A DNA stretch of 64,000 nt from positions 928,001-992,000 of the forward strand of contig CAXXFL010000006.1 in the NCBI GenBank assembly GCA_963674965.2, given 5' to 3'. Numbering within the stretch: the stretch's first letter is position 1; the number at the start of each line of letters is the position of its first letter. Position numbers and translations under genes: made by a program. The DNA is from a bacterium (GTDB taxonomy: Bacteria; RBG-13-61-14; DATKZS01). Positions 18,767-27,571 of this stretch are shown here, piece by piece. Below the pieces are notes generated by a model. It searched no databases. It was not told where the DNA came from and was given only the letters and a program-made list of their open reading frames with translations.

Positions 18767-19630
18767 TTATCCGAGGAGCCTGATCTTGGCCAGGATTTCA
18801 GGGCGCGTCACGCCCTGGCCCTGCTCCGACCAGATCAGCCAGCCCGTCTTGAACTTGAGCTTCTGCTCGATGGCCTCGGTCTTGAGCGTCTCCCGCACCG
18901 GGAGCTTGCCGTATTCCTCGTCGGGGATGATGAGAATCTCGTCCAGAGGGGCCGCCGCCGTGAGCAGGATGCCGCCGGTGCCGTAGTTCTTGATCAGACC
19001 CTTGGCCCGAAGCTCGAGCTTGGTCTGAGGGTCCAGGTCCCAGCCGCGCATGTCGTTGAAACGCCGGCCCCGCATCACGATGTATTTCACCGAAAGCTCC
19101 ATGTCCTCGATGATCGAGACGGCCTCGTTGAGGGCCTCCTCGGTGAGCGCGTTCCCGGTCACCTCGACCGTGTTCTCGGCCGGGATAGCCGCCGTGATCA
19201 CGCTGAGCGTGCGCTTGTCGATTTCCTTTCTGATTTCATCGGCCGCCGCCGTCTGCATGTCCGTCAGCGTTCCGATGTTCCCGTGCTTCAACACCGAGAT
19301 GTCGACCATGGGAGCGGAATGGATGCGGTGAGTGGGGAACTCGACCTCGTCCTTTCCCACCTCGGTCTCCTGGGCCTCGCCCTCCTTGCTGATCCAATAG
19401 GCCTTTACCCGGGGCTTTTTCTGGTAGACCGGGCGCTCGCCCTTGGGCAGAGTGTGCTTGGTCAGGAGCAGCGAGGATATCTCCTTGCGCTTGATCTCCT
19501 GCTCGATGGGAGCCGCGATGGCCGCCGCCAGCGCGTGCATGCCCTCGGGGGATTCCAGGGCCTCGCTCATGAGCCTGGCCATGGTCTCCATGTATTCCTG
19601 GCTGTGTACGTTCATCAGGTTCGAATCCAT
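18767..19630 (-). CDS. Major capsid protein (HK97 fold, putative)
   Basis: 287 aa after the protease/scaffold and decoration genes; AYWISKEGEA and AAADEIRKEID pattern; C-terminal GVTRPEILAKIRL. Confidence 0.8.
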   Translation of the reverse strand: MDSNLMNVHSQEYMETMARLMSEALESPEGMHALAAAIAAPIEQEIKRKEISSLLLTKHTLPKGERPVYQKKPRVKAYWISKEGEAQETEVGKDEVEFPTHRIHSAPMVDISVLKHGNIGTLTDMQTAAADEIRKEIDKRTLSVITAAIPAENTVEVTGNALTEEALNEAVSIIEDMELSVKYIVMRGRRFNDMRGWDLDPQTKLELRAKGLIKNYGTGGILLTAAAPLDEILIIPDEEYGKLPVRETLKTEAIEQKLKFKTGWLIWSEQGQGVTRPEILAKIRLLG

Positions 19631-19643
19631 TTGCGCTTCCTCC

Positions 19644-20006
19644 TTAGATCAGCAGCCTGAACTTGACCAGTCCGTCCGATACCGAGATGGCCCTGGCGAT
19701 AACTTCCTCACCGGCAGCGACGCCGGAGGTGAGCTTGCCATTGCCCGACACCTTGAGGTCGTCGCCGGGATTGATAACCCCCTCGAAGACGTCGGTCTCG
19801 TAAATCCCGCCCATGCAGTAAACGCCGGGCATCTCGCCGTCCTTGTAGTCGGTTATAAGAAGGCCGAAGGACTTCTGCGTCGGATCGGTGTTCACCGCGA
19901 ACAGGTCGCCGCCCACGATCCTCACCACCTGGCCCCTCTGGCCCTCGCCCTGCATGTAGCCGTCGCCGTATGCCAGGCCTCGATGACACGGATTGATGTA
20001 AGACAT
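19644..20006 (-). CDS. Head decoration / capsid cement protein (putative)
   Basis: 120-aa beta-rich protein (INPGDDLKVSGNGKL) between scaffold and capsid genes. Confidence 0.65.
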   Translation of the reverse strand: MSYINPCHRGLAYGDGYMQGEGQRGQVVRIVGGDLFAVNTDPTQKSFGLLITDYKDGEMPGVYCMGGIYETDVFEGVINPGDDLKVSGNGKLTSGVAAGEEVIARAISVSDGLVKFRLLI

Positions 20007-20023
20007 CGCTTGTTCCTCCTTCC

Positions 20024-23000
20024 TTATTTCGCCTCGGCGGACTCGCCGGTGTTCGAAGACACCCGGTTGCGGTAAGCCGCCATGAACCCGGCCTTGAGCT
20101 TGTCCTCAAGCGTCTCCTTTTTGTCATCCACGTCCTTGGGCCGCACCCCGGCGTCACTGCGCATGGGAGGTTCCTGGTCGGATTTCTCGGCCCTGGATTT
20201 TTCCTTGTCGGCGGGAGGGTCTTCCTTCTTTTCGGTCTTTGCCTCGGCCCGACCCTTGATCATCCGCTCGTAGGCGGCCTCGGTCGCGGCAAAAGCGTCG
20301 TCGGTCATTTCCGCCAGACGTTTGAACTCGGCTTCGCGGTCCTCGTCGCTGTCGAAGGCGAGTCCCTGCTTTTCCAGCTTGCGGACGAGTTTCTGCGCCC
20401 GCGAACGGTTGGCCGCCGCCTGCTGTTCAGCCTCGAGTTCCTCGACCCGTTTCTGGAGAGAGGCAACCTGCTTCTTCAGTTCGCCGTTCTCCTTTTCCAA
20501 TTCCTTGATTCGGGTCTTGTCGTCGGTGGAGCCGCCACCTCCGCCCTCGTCCTGTTCTTCTTCCTTGCCTTTGGCGGCCTCGGCCCGCTCGTCTTTCTGC
20601 TTTTCCTTCTCGTCCATGGATGGACCTCCTTTTTCATGGTTTTCGGTTTCCGCGTCGTCAATATCCGCTACCTGGGTTATCCGCGCGTTCTCGTCCGCTC
20701 CCTTCCGGTCAAGAAGGCCCAGCCCGGTAAAAGTCACCCCATGCAGAATTTCGTACACGGGCTTTCCCTGGAATGAGCCTCCCTTGTTCTTCCGCAAATG
20801 AATGCAGTAGTCGGTCTTGTTCCTGACCTTCTTCCCGCACACCGAGCACTCGCCCTCCTCGTAATCGCACTCCATCGATACCTGGGTGATGATCCCGCGC
20901 TTCATCAGCTTGTAGGCCAGCTGGGCGTTCTGGCTGTCACCGGTATAAAGCTCTCCCACGCATTCGACCCGTCCGCCGTTCTCGTCCTCGATGAAGTCCG
21001 CGCCCACGATGCCGCCCACTATGTCGGTGAAGTCCTGCGAGTGCTTCAGGTCGATCTTCTTGTTGATAGCAGTCATGTATCTGGTGGAAAGCTCTTCCGG
21101 AGTGAAGTGGTCGCCGTTCTTGTTGGTCCCGGCCCGGCACAGCACGAAGGTGAATTGGGGGTCTCCGACGTGGTTGCCCATGTCGAGGGCCTCGGTGAAT
21201 AGTTCCTCAGACTCCATGATCTCGATATCGACCGGGACCGTTGTGTGGCAGGCTGCGGCGGACAGCGCCCCCTTGGAACGGGGCGCGCTCCTGGCCTTCG
21301 AGGCCACGAACAACAACTCCTTGGCGTGCTTGCCTTCCCGGCCTATGTCCTTGGCGATGTTATAGTCGACTTCCAGGCCGCTGACCTTGACCTGCCCGAA
21401 ATGATTGCCGAAGATTTCCTTGATCTCGTCCTCGCGGGGGAAGGCCCGGTCCCGGTAGGAGAGGAGAACTGCCCCGTACTTGCCCCGGGCGTCCGATGCC
21501 ATGGTCGTCATCAGTTCCCTGATCGACTCCTTGGTGTACTTCGTCCGGGAAGGGAAACTGCGCCTTGGGTTCGAGCCGATCTTCTTATCGGCCCAGCGGG
21601 TCATCAGCCCCTCCACGAAATGAAGGGAATCCTCGTAATCGTTCGACCCGAACTCCGTGACATAAGGCGGGTCCAGGTAAAGCACGTCCGCGCTGTAGCG
21701 CCTTACCGCCTCCGACGCCTCAAGGTTCGTGGCCTTGCATTCCTCCCCGTTGTCGAACACCAGGTTGTTGAGTTGATTGACCGAACGCCTGAAGGACTCG
21801 ATAAATTTCTTGAGAGGAGGGTTGGAAAGCTGCGACTGCTCCAGGCTGGCCTCCGCTTCCAGGTCCGCTTTCCGCTGCATCTTCGAGCGAGAGAACTGGC
21901 CGAAGGCGCTCTTGGACTTGACCGTTGTCCCCAGCGCCGCCAGCGCCAGATCCTTCTTGTAACCGGAGAGCTTCTGGATGTTGGACCACACCTGGTCGAG
22001 CCACTGGAGCACTGGCCTGGTGTAGTAATAGCCGTAGAAATGGTCCGCGATGAACGTGCCCGCGCCCGGATTGGGGGCGAGAAGCATGTCGATGTCCTCG
22101 TCGGTAAGTTTTTCGCTCGAATTCTCGACAACCGCCCGGGCCAGGTGGTGAGGGTACCTCAAGAGGTCATTGGCCATGACCTTGTATCCCTTTCGCTTCA
22201 GGTTGTAGGCCACGTTGGCCCCGCCCGAAAAAGCGTCAAGCACCGTCTTCGTGCCTTTGGGTATGTGGCTGTCGATCCAGCCCATCATGAGGTACTTGCT
22301 GCCCATGAAACCGGTGACCCGCACTGGGCCGCTTTTCCCGGCCACGCAACTTAAAAGGTCCACGGCGTCATCGAGAGGAGCATCGGCCAGAGCCCGCATG
22401 TTCTCCTCGATTCGCAAGGCCGCCTCGGCCGCCTGCTCGGACTCGTGCTTATCGATCCATTCCCTGGCCTTCTCCTTGCTCCAGCCGTCCGGAGTGTCAT
22501 CGGTCTTTCTGGCGAAACGATAGGCCTGGAGCACCATGCACTTGGGGTCGTGGCCTTCCTGGACGTGTTCTTTCTTAAGCCTCCCGACAATGATCGTGAC
22601 TCCATCCACTCCCTCGAGCGGCTTGGTTCGGAAGCTGTCCTTCTCGAACTGCTCGGGATCGCGCACCCGGTACCGGATCTCATTGTCGGTCTCGTCCCAG
22701 ATGGCCTCGGTATCGAGTTCGCCCTCTGCCCTGTCCTCCAGTGATGCCGCTGCTTTCTGGTCGGCCTTGCCCCGCTTGCAGATGAACAGCCGCTCCTTGG
22801 CGTGGGAGGCGTCACCGTGACGCGAGGTAATCGAGTAATGGTGATCATGCGAGCGCATGGTCGAGTCGTGCCCAAAGGAACTGATGATCCGCTTCATGTC
22901 CTTTTCGTTCGGGTAGGCGTGGTCCCGGTAGGAAATGAGCCAGTGAGGTATGTGCTTGGCCGCGCCCAGGAAGCCCTCGAAAAACTTGTTGGCGTTGGCC

Positions 23001-23899
23001 TTGGTCACGGTTATGTGGTCGGTCTCGTAATGTTTGGTCTTCGAGTCATCCTTGATCGTGAGCCCTTCCCAGTAGGTCATTAGGCCCTCGATAAAGTGAT
23101 AGGACTTTTCGTAGTTCGTGGTCGAAAACTCGGTGGCGTAAGGAGGGTCGAAGTAGACAAGGTCGACCTTCACTCCTGGGAGCAGTTCGTTAACATCCTT
23201 CCGGAATGCCTTGCAGTCCTTGCCGTTGTCGAAAACAAGAGCGTTGATCCGGGCTGCGTTCTTTTTGAAACGCTCCTTGAACTCGTCCGGCGAGTCTTCC
23301 CGCTTGCCGTACCGGGTCGAGGACGAGAAATGCCCGAACCCGCCCTTTCCGGACATGCAGGTTTTGCCCAGGGCGAAGAGCGCTATGTCCTTCTTGTAGC
23401 CGTCCAGCTTGTCGATATTGGCCCTGATGGTGTCGATCAGTCCGTGGACCCCGTTGGCGAAGAAGATTCCCTTGAACTTGTCCCGAACAAAAGTCTCGGC
23501 CTTGGGGTTGTCCGAAAGGAGCATCTCCAGGTCCTCGTCGGAGAGCCGGACCTTCTTGTTCTCGATAATCGCCCGCGCCGCATGGAAGCAGTAGCGCAGC
23601 CGGTCGTTGGAGATTACCCGAAGTCCCTTGGTCTTGTACATATAGGCCACCACCGCCGAGCCGGAGAAAGCGTCCAACGCCGACTCCACGCCCTCCGGTG
23701 TATGCTTCCAGATCCAGTCCACCAGCTTTTGCTTGGAGCCGATGTAGTTGGTGATGTACTTGGGACGCTTGCCCGGGGGAAGTTCGTCTTGAGAAACTTC
23801 CCTGGCCTGGGCCTCGAGTGCTTCGAAGTCCAGGTTTAGTGCCGCGTCGGTCTCCAGCAGGAAGGCCAACCGTTCGAAATCAGTGGCAAAAATTTCCAT
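20024..23899 (-). CDS. Fusion of two D12-class DNA adenine methyltransferase domains, putative prohead protease and C-terminal scaffold
   Basis: MTase 1: YIGSK, DAFSGS, YFDPPY. MTase 2: FMGSK, DAFSGG, YLDPPY. Then TNKNGDHF...VSMECDYEEGECSVCG...CIHL...GLLDRKGAD and an acidic/basic coiled coil. Confidence 0.85.
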   Translation of the reverse strand: MEIFATDFERLAFLLETDAALNLDFEALEAQAREVSQDELPPGKRPKYITNYIGSKQKLVDWIWKHTPEGVESALDAFSGSAVVAYMYKTKGLRVISNDRLRYCFHAARAIIENKKVRLSDEDLEMLLSDNPKAETFVRDKFKGIFFANGVHGLIDTIRANIDKLDGYKKDIALFALGKTCMSGKGGFGHFSSSTRYGKREDSPDEFKERFKKNAARINALVFDNGKDCKAFRKDVNELLPGVKVDLVYFDPPYATEFSTTNYEKSYHFIEGLMTYWEGLTIKDDSKTKHYETDHITVTKANANKFFEGFLGAAKHIPHWLISYRDHAYPNEKDMKRIISSFGHDSTMRSHDHHYSITSRHGDASHAKERLFICKRGKADQKAAASLEDRAEGELDTEAIWDETDNEIRYRVRDPEQFEKDSFRTKPLEGVDGVTIIVGRLKKEHVQEGHDPKCMVLQAYRFARKTDDTPDGWSKEKAREWIDKHESEQAAEAALRIEENMRALADAPLDDAVDLLSCVAGKSGPVRVTGFMGSKYLMMGWIDSHIPKGTKTVLDAFSGGANVAYNLKRKGYKVMANDLLRYPHHLARAVVENSSEKLTDEDIDMLLAPNPGAGTFIADHFYGYYYTRPVLQWLDQVWSNIQKLSGYKKDLALAALGTTVKSKSAFGQFSRSKMQRKADLEAEASLEQSQLSNPPLKKFIESFRRSVNQLNNLVFDNGEECKATNLEASEAVRRYSADVLYLDPPYVTEFGSNDYEDSLHFVEGLMTRWADKKIGSNPRRSFPSRTKYTKESIRELMTTMASDARGKYGAVLLSYRDRAFPREDEIKEIFGNHFGQVKVSGLEVDYNIAKDIGREGKHAKELLFVASKARSAPRSKGALSAAACHTTVPVDIEIMESEELFTEALDMGNHVGDPQFTFVLCRAGTNKNGDHFTPEELSTRYMTAINKKIDLKHSQDFTDIVGGIVGADFIEDENGGRVECVGELYTGDSQNAQLAYKLMKRGIITQVSMECDYEEGECSVCGKKVRNKTDYCIHLRKNKGGSFQGKPVYEILHGVTFTGLGLLDRKGADENARITQVADIDDAETENHEKGGPSMDEKEKQKDERAEAAKGKEEEQDEGGGGGSTDDKTRIKELEKENGELKKQVASLQKRVEELEAEQQAAANRSRAQKLVRKLEKQGLAFDSDEDREAEFKRLAEMTDDAFAATEAAYERMIKGRAEAKTEKKEDPPADKEKSRAEKSDQEPPMRSDAGVRPKDVDDKKETLEDKLKAGFMAAYRNRVSSNTGESAEAK

Positions 23900-23972
23900 T
23901 CAGTTCTCCGGTAGCGGGCTTCTCACAAGTCCTGCCTGTAAAATTTGCGTGGGCTTGAATGAAGCTCCTATA

Positions 23973-24004
23973 GGTTACATACCGGAAACGAACTAAAAGT
24001 GTCG
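23973..24004 (-). promoter_or_regulatory. Phage bipartite motif copy 2
   Basis: CGACACTTT-N13-GTATGTA upstream of the capsid/tail operon. Confidence 0.75.
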
Positions 24005-24022
24005 GAAAAAAGTTGAAGAAAA

Positions 24023-24086
24023 ATGAAAAAACGACCCCCTCGCCACGTTCGGCAAAAAGCCTACTTGCCGCGAGGGGGTCTTTCAT
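24023..24086 (-). terminator. Probable terminator of the DGR transcript
   Basis: 11-bp inverted repeat GACCCCCTCGC (24033-24043) / GCGAGGGGGTC (24070-24080), followed by T-runs on the minus strand. Confidence 0.6.
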
Positions 24087-24198
24087 ATTCGGCCCGGCAA
24101 AATACCGGCCCGGGAAGGGGGCCAGGACTGATGGGGCTCGCTCCCCGGGAAATACTCCCGAGGACTCCGGCCATGCCTCCACGTCTCCGTGAAGGAAC

Positions 24199-24324
24199 TC
24201 AGTCCCCAGCACAACGGAATCCTATGTTGTTGTTCTGGTTAGTAGGCGTATTGTTGTTCCGGTTTGCTACGCGCAGGTTGTTCGTATTGTTGTTCCAATT
24301 GCCGCCGCGCAAAACGCGATACGT
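24199..24324 (-). repeat. DGR template repeat (TR)
   Basis: 126-bp ungapped match to 25825..25950; AAC-rich, reads [39 protein letters not shown]. Confidence 0.97.
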
Positions 24325-25400
24325 TATCGGCCACCCTCCCCAATCACGAATACAAACGATGGCAGCATTTGCGCTCTGAGTTTGTAGCTGTCGGCATAGG
24401 ACGCGTGAGACAGCCATGAAGTAACCGAGGCACCGATCTCCGAAAGCGCGACCTCGCCTCTCGAATATTCATCCTGCAACCGCCTCATCCTGGCCTTGAA
24501 GCGTCTGACGTTTTCCTTGCGCACCTTGGTCATGTGCGGCAGGTGCCTGAACCCGAGGAACTCCACTCCCTCCTTCACCGTGTATATCCTGCTCTTACCG
24601 TCATGGATTGAAAGTCGAAGCCCGGCCAGGTAATCGACCACCGCGGACCTGATCTCGTTCAGCCGATTCTTGTCGTCGCCGAAGATGCAAAAGTCGTCCA
24701 CATAGCGGACATACGGCCCGGCCCTGAGCTCCTCCTTAACCCAGTGGTCGAAGTCATTTAGGTAAAGGTTGGCGAAGAACTGGCTGGTCAGGTTGCCCAC
24801 CGGGATGCCGCGTCTCCTTTCATGCGGCGTGAACAGGCCGTCGCCGGGGTAGTAAATGATCGGCCCCTTGTCATTGAAACAGCGCGAGCCGATGATCTCG
24901 GAAAGCAGCCACATCGCGTCCCGGTCCGCGATCCTGCGCGAAAGTTTCCCGATCAGTATCTCGTGGTCAATGCTCTGGAAATATTTGCGGATGTCGCACT
25001 TGAGCACATACTTGTGGCGCTTGAGGAACTCCCGGAATCGCATGAGCGCTGCATGCGTGCCCTTGCCCTTTCTGCAGGCATAGCTGTCGGGGATGAAGCT
25101 TTTATCGAACAGCGGTTCGATAATATTGGTCACCGCGTGATGGACCACCCGGTCGCGATAGGGCGCGGCAGAAATCAGCCGCTTCTTTGCGTCCTTGACA
25201 ATGAAGTCGTGGTACGGGCCGTGATGATAGATTTTATGTAGCAGTTCGTCATGAAGCCGAAACAGGTTCCTCTCCAGGTCCATGTTGAAAATGAGCGTGC
25301 TCTCCCGGTAGCGCTTGCCATTCTGTGCTTTTTTGGAAGCCAGCAAGAGGTTCTGAAAACTCGCGATCTCGGGGAAGATGTTTTTGAAAGTCTTGGCCAA
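24324..25400 (-). CDS. DGR reverse transcriptase
   Basis: [27 protein letters not shown] (DGR-type SQ motif) and YVRYVDDF; 358 aa with no maturase or endonuclease domain. Confidence 0.96.
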   Translation of the reverse strand: MAKTFKNIFPEIASFQNLLLASKKAQNGKRYRESTLIFNMDLERNLFRLHDELLHKIYHHGPYHDFIVKDAKKRLISAAPYRDRVVHHAVTNIIEPLFDKSFIPDSYACRKGKGTHAALMRFREFLKRHKYVLKCDIRKYFQSIDHEILIGKLSRRIADRDAMWLLSEIIGSRCFNDKGPIIYYPGDGLFTPHERRRGIPVGNLTSQFFANLYLNDFDHWVKEELRAGPYVRYVDDFCIFGDDKNRLNEIRSAVVDYLAGLRLSIHDGKSRIYTVKEGVEFLGFRHLPHMTKVRKENVRRFKARMRRLQDEYSRGEVALSEIGASVTSWLSHASYADSYKLRAQMLPSFVFVIGEGGR

Positions 25401-25409
25401 TACTCCGCC

Positions 25410-25754
25410 TCACGTCTTCTTTGCCGCCTGCTTGCGCCAGCCGCCCACCTGGCTGCCAAGCTCGGTAATCATCTTCATCACGTGCTCGTAGCCCTTGTTG
25501 GAAAGAGCACCAAGGTCACGGCTAAGGCGAAGAAGAAAGCGAAGACGCTCCAGCCGTCGATTTGCTTCATCAAGCAGGTGTACTTTATCACGACGATATG
25601 ATGCCTCTGTTAAAATCTCAAGAATCGAAAGGCAATTGTCCACGATCCTCTCTCCGAGCGAATACTTAAGATCTTTTGGAAACTTTGAAACCCTTGGCAA
25701 AACCTCTTTGCACAGATCATACGCCTTTTGAACAGCGGGAAGTTCTTTCTTCAT
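25410..25754 (-). CDS. avd: DGR accessory variability determinant (Avd, four-helix bundle)
   Basis: FPKDLKYSLGERI and ELGSQVGGW motifs; basic 114-aa protein between target and RT. Confidence 0.92.
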   Translation of the reverse strand: MKKELPAVQKAYDLCKEVLPRVSKFPKDLKYSLGERIVDNCLSILEILTEASYRRDKVHLLDEANRRLERLRFLLRLSRDLGALSNKGYEHVMKMITELGSQVGGWRKQAAKKT

Positions 25755-25766
25755 TTTTAAAAATTT

Positions 25767-25794
25767 TTTAATGGGGGCTTACGCCCCCATTAAA
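25767..25794 (-). promoter_or_regulatory. DGR target-recognition hairpin downstream of VR
   Basis: Perfect 12-bp stem TTTAATGGGGGC/GCCCCCATTAAA with a 4-nt loop (GTAA on the minus strand), 30 nt after the target stop codon. Confidence 0.8.
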
Positions 25795-25824
25795 GTGTAA
25801 GAGTTAAAAAGGACAAAAGAGTAA

Positions 25825-25950
25825 TCAGTCCCCAGCACAACGGAAGCCTATGAAGACGCTCTGGGCAGTAGGCGAAAGGTTGTACCGGTTCGCCACGCGC
25901 AGGGTGCCCGAAGTGATGTGCCAACCCCCGCCGCGCAAAACGCGATACGT
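25825..25950 (-). repeat. DGR variable repeat (VR)
   Basis: Differs from TR at 24 of 126 positions, 23 of them TR adenines; encodes [39 protein letters not shown]. Confidence 0.97.
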
Positions 25951-27138
25951 ACCTGACGCGGGACCGGGAGGATCGTTGGTGGGACTTGTACTGTAGTAAT
26001 CGCTCTGATACCAGTCGTTGACCCATTCATAAACATTACCCCCCACATCATAAAGACCGTAACCATTAGCAGGATAGCTTTCAACCTCGCTGGTATCTCC
26101 AATACACCAATCGTAATTTGCGTCAACACATGCTGTAGCTGTATCTCCCCAGGGATAGCGTTTGCCGGACAGGCCGCCACGGGCAGCGTACTCCCACTCG
26201 GCCTCGGTGGGCAGTCTCTTGCCCGCCCAGGCGCAATAGGCCGTGGCCTGATTCCAGTCAACCCAGATAACAGGAAAATTGTCATAGGTCGGATTACCGT
26301 AATAAGAGCCGCGAGAATAACTTGAAGAATAGCCGGGCGCCGTGCATCCCCCTCCGCTCACGCAAGCCGCGTACTCCGAGTTGGTCACCTCATGAACGTC
26401 CATGTAGAAGTCCGAGGTGATGCAAACGTTATGCACCGGAAGTTCATCGCTGCTTCCCTCGCTGAACGCGTCGCCCATGTTGAAACAGCCGGAGGGGATA
26501 AGGGCCATTGGGCCGACAGTGCTTCCTCCCTGGCAGTCAGGGTCATCACCGTCGATCTTGCCGTCGCAGTCATTATCGAAACCGTCGTCACAGACTTCGG
26601 CCGCGCCGGGGTTTATGGAGGCGTCGACATCGTTGCAATCCGTGGTGGCCGTGGCCCCGTCAACGACCTTTGAGTAACCGTCCCCGTCGTAATCGCTCTT
26701 ATTGTAAAAGGCCGTAAGCCAGCCTCCTTCTACCTTCAAGGCATAAGGCACGCTGGCGATCCTGGACCGGGGCGACATCTCGCCATCGCTTTCAACCTCG
26801 ACTCCCATCCACACGTCCTGGTGGTTCTGGAAGACAGCGGAGAGGCTTGGCTCGGTACCCGGCGTTACCGTGCCCGAGCCGATGAGAACATTATAAAGCC
26901 CGCCGGTGACCGCCACGTCCTCCTGGAGAACGGTCAGATAAGCGGTCCCGCCCGTTTCAACACCATAAAACGCGAACGTCAGATCAACGGTAGACCCGTC
27001 CGCAAGAGGCTGGCCTGCAGAGTTCGTGAGCCGCCCCTGGTAATTGATAAGCTGCGGAGCGGACTGCGCCCAGGCAATGCCCACCACCACGGCCATAACA
27101 AAAACACCAACCAACGCCATTCCAATCTTAGCCCTCAT
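25825..27138 (-). CDS. DGR target: secreted protein with C-terminal FGE-sulfatase (CLec-fold) domain
   Basis: Signal peptide ending AWA-Q; INYQGRL domain; Cys/Asp motif DCNDVDASINPGAAEVCDDGFDNDCDG; FGE motifs HEVTN, RLPTEAEWEYAARGG, NGYGLYDVGGNVYEW and GFRC. Confidence 0.93.
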   Translation of the reverse strand: MRAKIGMALVGVFVMAVVVGIAWAQSAPQLINYQGRLTNSAGQPLADGSTVDLTFAFYGVETGGTAYLTVLQEDVAVTGGLYNVLIGSGTVTPGTEPSLSAVFQNHQDVWMGVEVESDGEMSPRSRIASVPYALKVEGGWLTAFYNKSDYDGDGYSKVVDGATATTDCNDVDASINPGAAEVCDDGFDNDCDGKIDGDDPDCQGGSTVGPMALIPSGCFNMGDAFSEGSSDELPVHNVCITSDFYMDVHEVTNSEYAACVSGGGCTAPGYSSSYSRGSYYGNPTYDNFPVIWVDWNQATAYCAWAGKRLPTEAEWEYAARGGLSGKRYPWGDTATACVDANYDWCIGDTSEVESYPANGYGLYDVGGNVYEWVNDWYQSDYYSTSPTNDPPGPASGTYRVLRGGGWHITSGTLRVANRYNLSPTAQSVFIGFRCAGD

Positions 27139-27203
27139 GACTTAATCCCCCTTCTTCGAGATTTATAGACAATTATCCATATGTTACCATGCTGTAAATT
27201 ACA

Positions 27204-27231
27204 ATACTATCCCCCCCCCCCCGATTGTCAA
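27204..27231 (-). promoter_or_regulatory. Sigma70-type promoter of the DGR target with a G12 tract in the spacer
   Basis: Minus strand reads TTGACA-atc-G12-a-TAGTAT (16-nt spacer). Confidence 0.75.
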
Positions 27232-27241
27232 CCTCCGATTA

Positions 27242-27571
27242 TTAAAATAGTGATCGCAGCTTAGCGGCGGCAAAAGCTTCCGCGGATGCTAATTCTTCGA
27301 TCTCGACAATTGGCCCTCGCATGCCTTTATAGGGTGATAGGGTTTTCTGGTGGTACGCCAGGAAATCCTCGGGAAGCGATTTGACTCCAGCTTCCACAAG
27401 CCGGTTGATGACCCAGTCGGCCTCCTCCTGAGCTTCTTGGTTGCCGGGGAAGTACTTGATGACCAGGTCGAGTCCGGGGCCGGGCCCCTGGACCCAGACG
27501 CCGATTGGCTCGTAATGGGGATCGCGAATGCGGTCGCGGAGCGCGTACTCGATCATGTAGCGGAGCTTCAT
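27242..27571 (-). CDS. Hypothetical protein, candidate immunity/accessory gene of the MuF protein
   Basis: ATGA overlap with the upstream gene. Confidence 0.6.
   Translation of the reverse strand: MKLRYMIEYALRDRIRDPHYEPIGVWVQGPGPGLDLVIKYFPGNQEAQEEADWVINRLVEAGVKSLPEDFLAYHQKTLSPYKGMRGPIVEIEELASAEAFAAAKLRSLF

Noticed and set aside
20024-23899. Type II restriction-modification system
   Set aside because: No adjacent endonuclease; the MTase domains are fused to a head assembly protein.
24199-24417. 72-aa ORF containing the Asn-rich TR
   Set aside because: It is the template repeat read in the VR frame and overlaps the RT 3' end; it most likely functions as RNA.
24324-25400. RT as a group II intron, retron or Abi RT
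   Set aside because: It is short, has no maturase or endonuclease domain, carries the GxxxSQ motif, and sits next to avd and a TR/VR pair, so it is a DGR RT.
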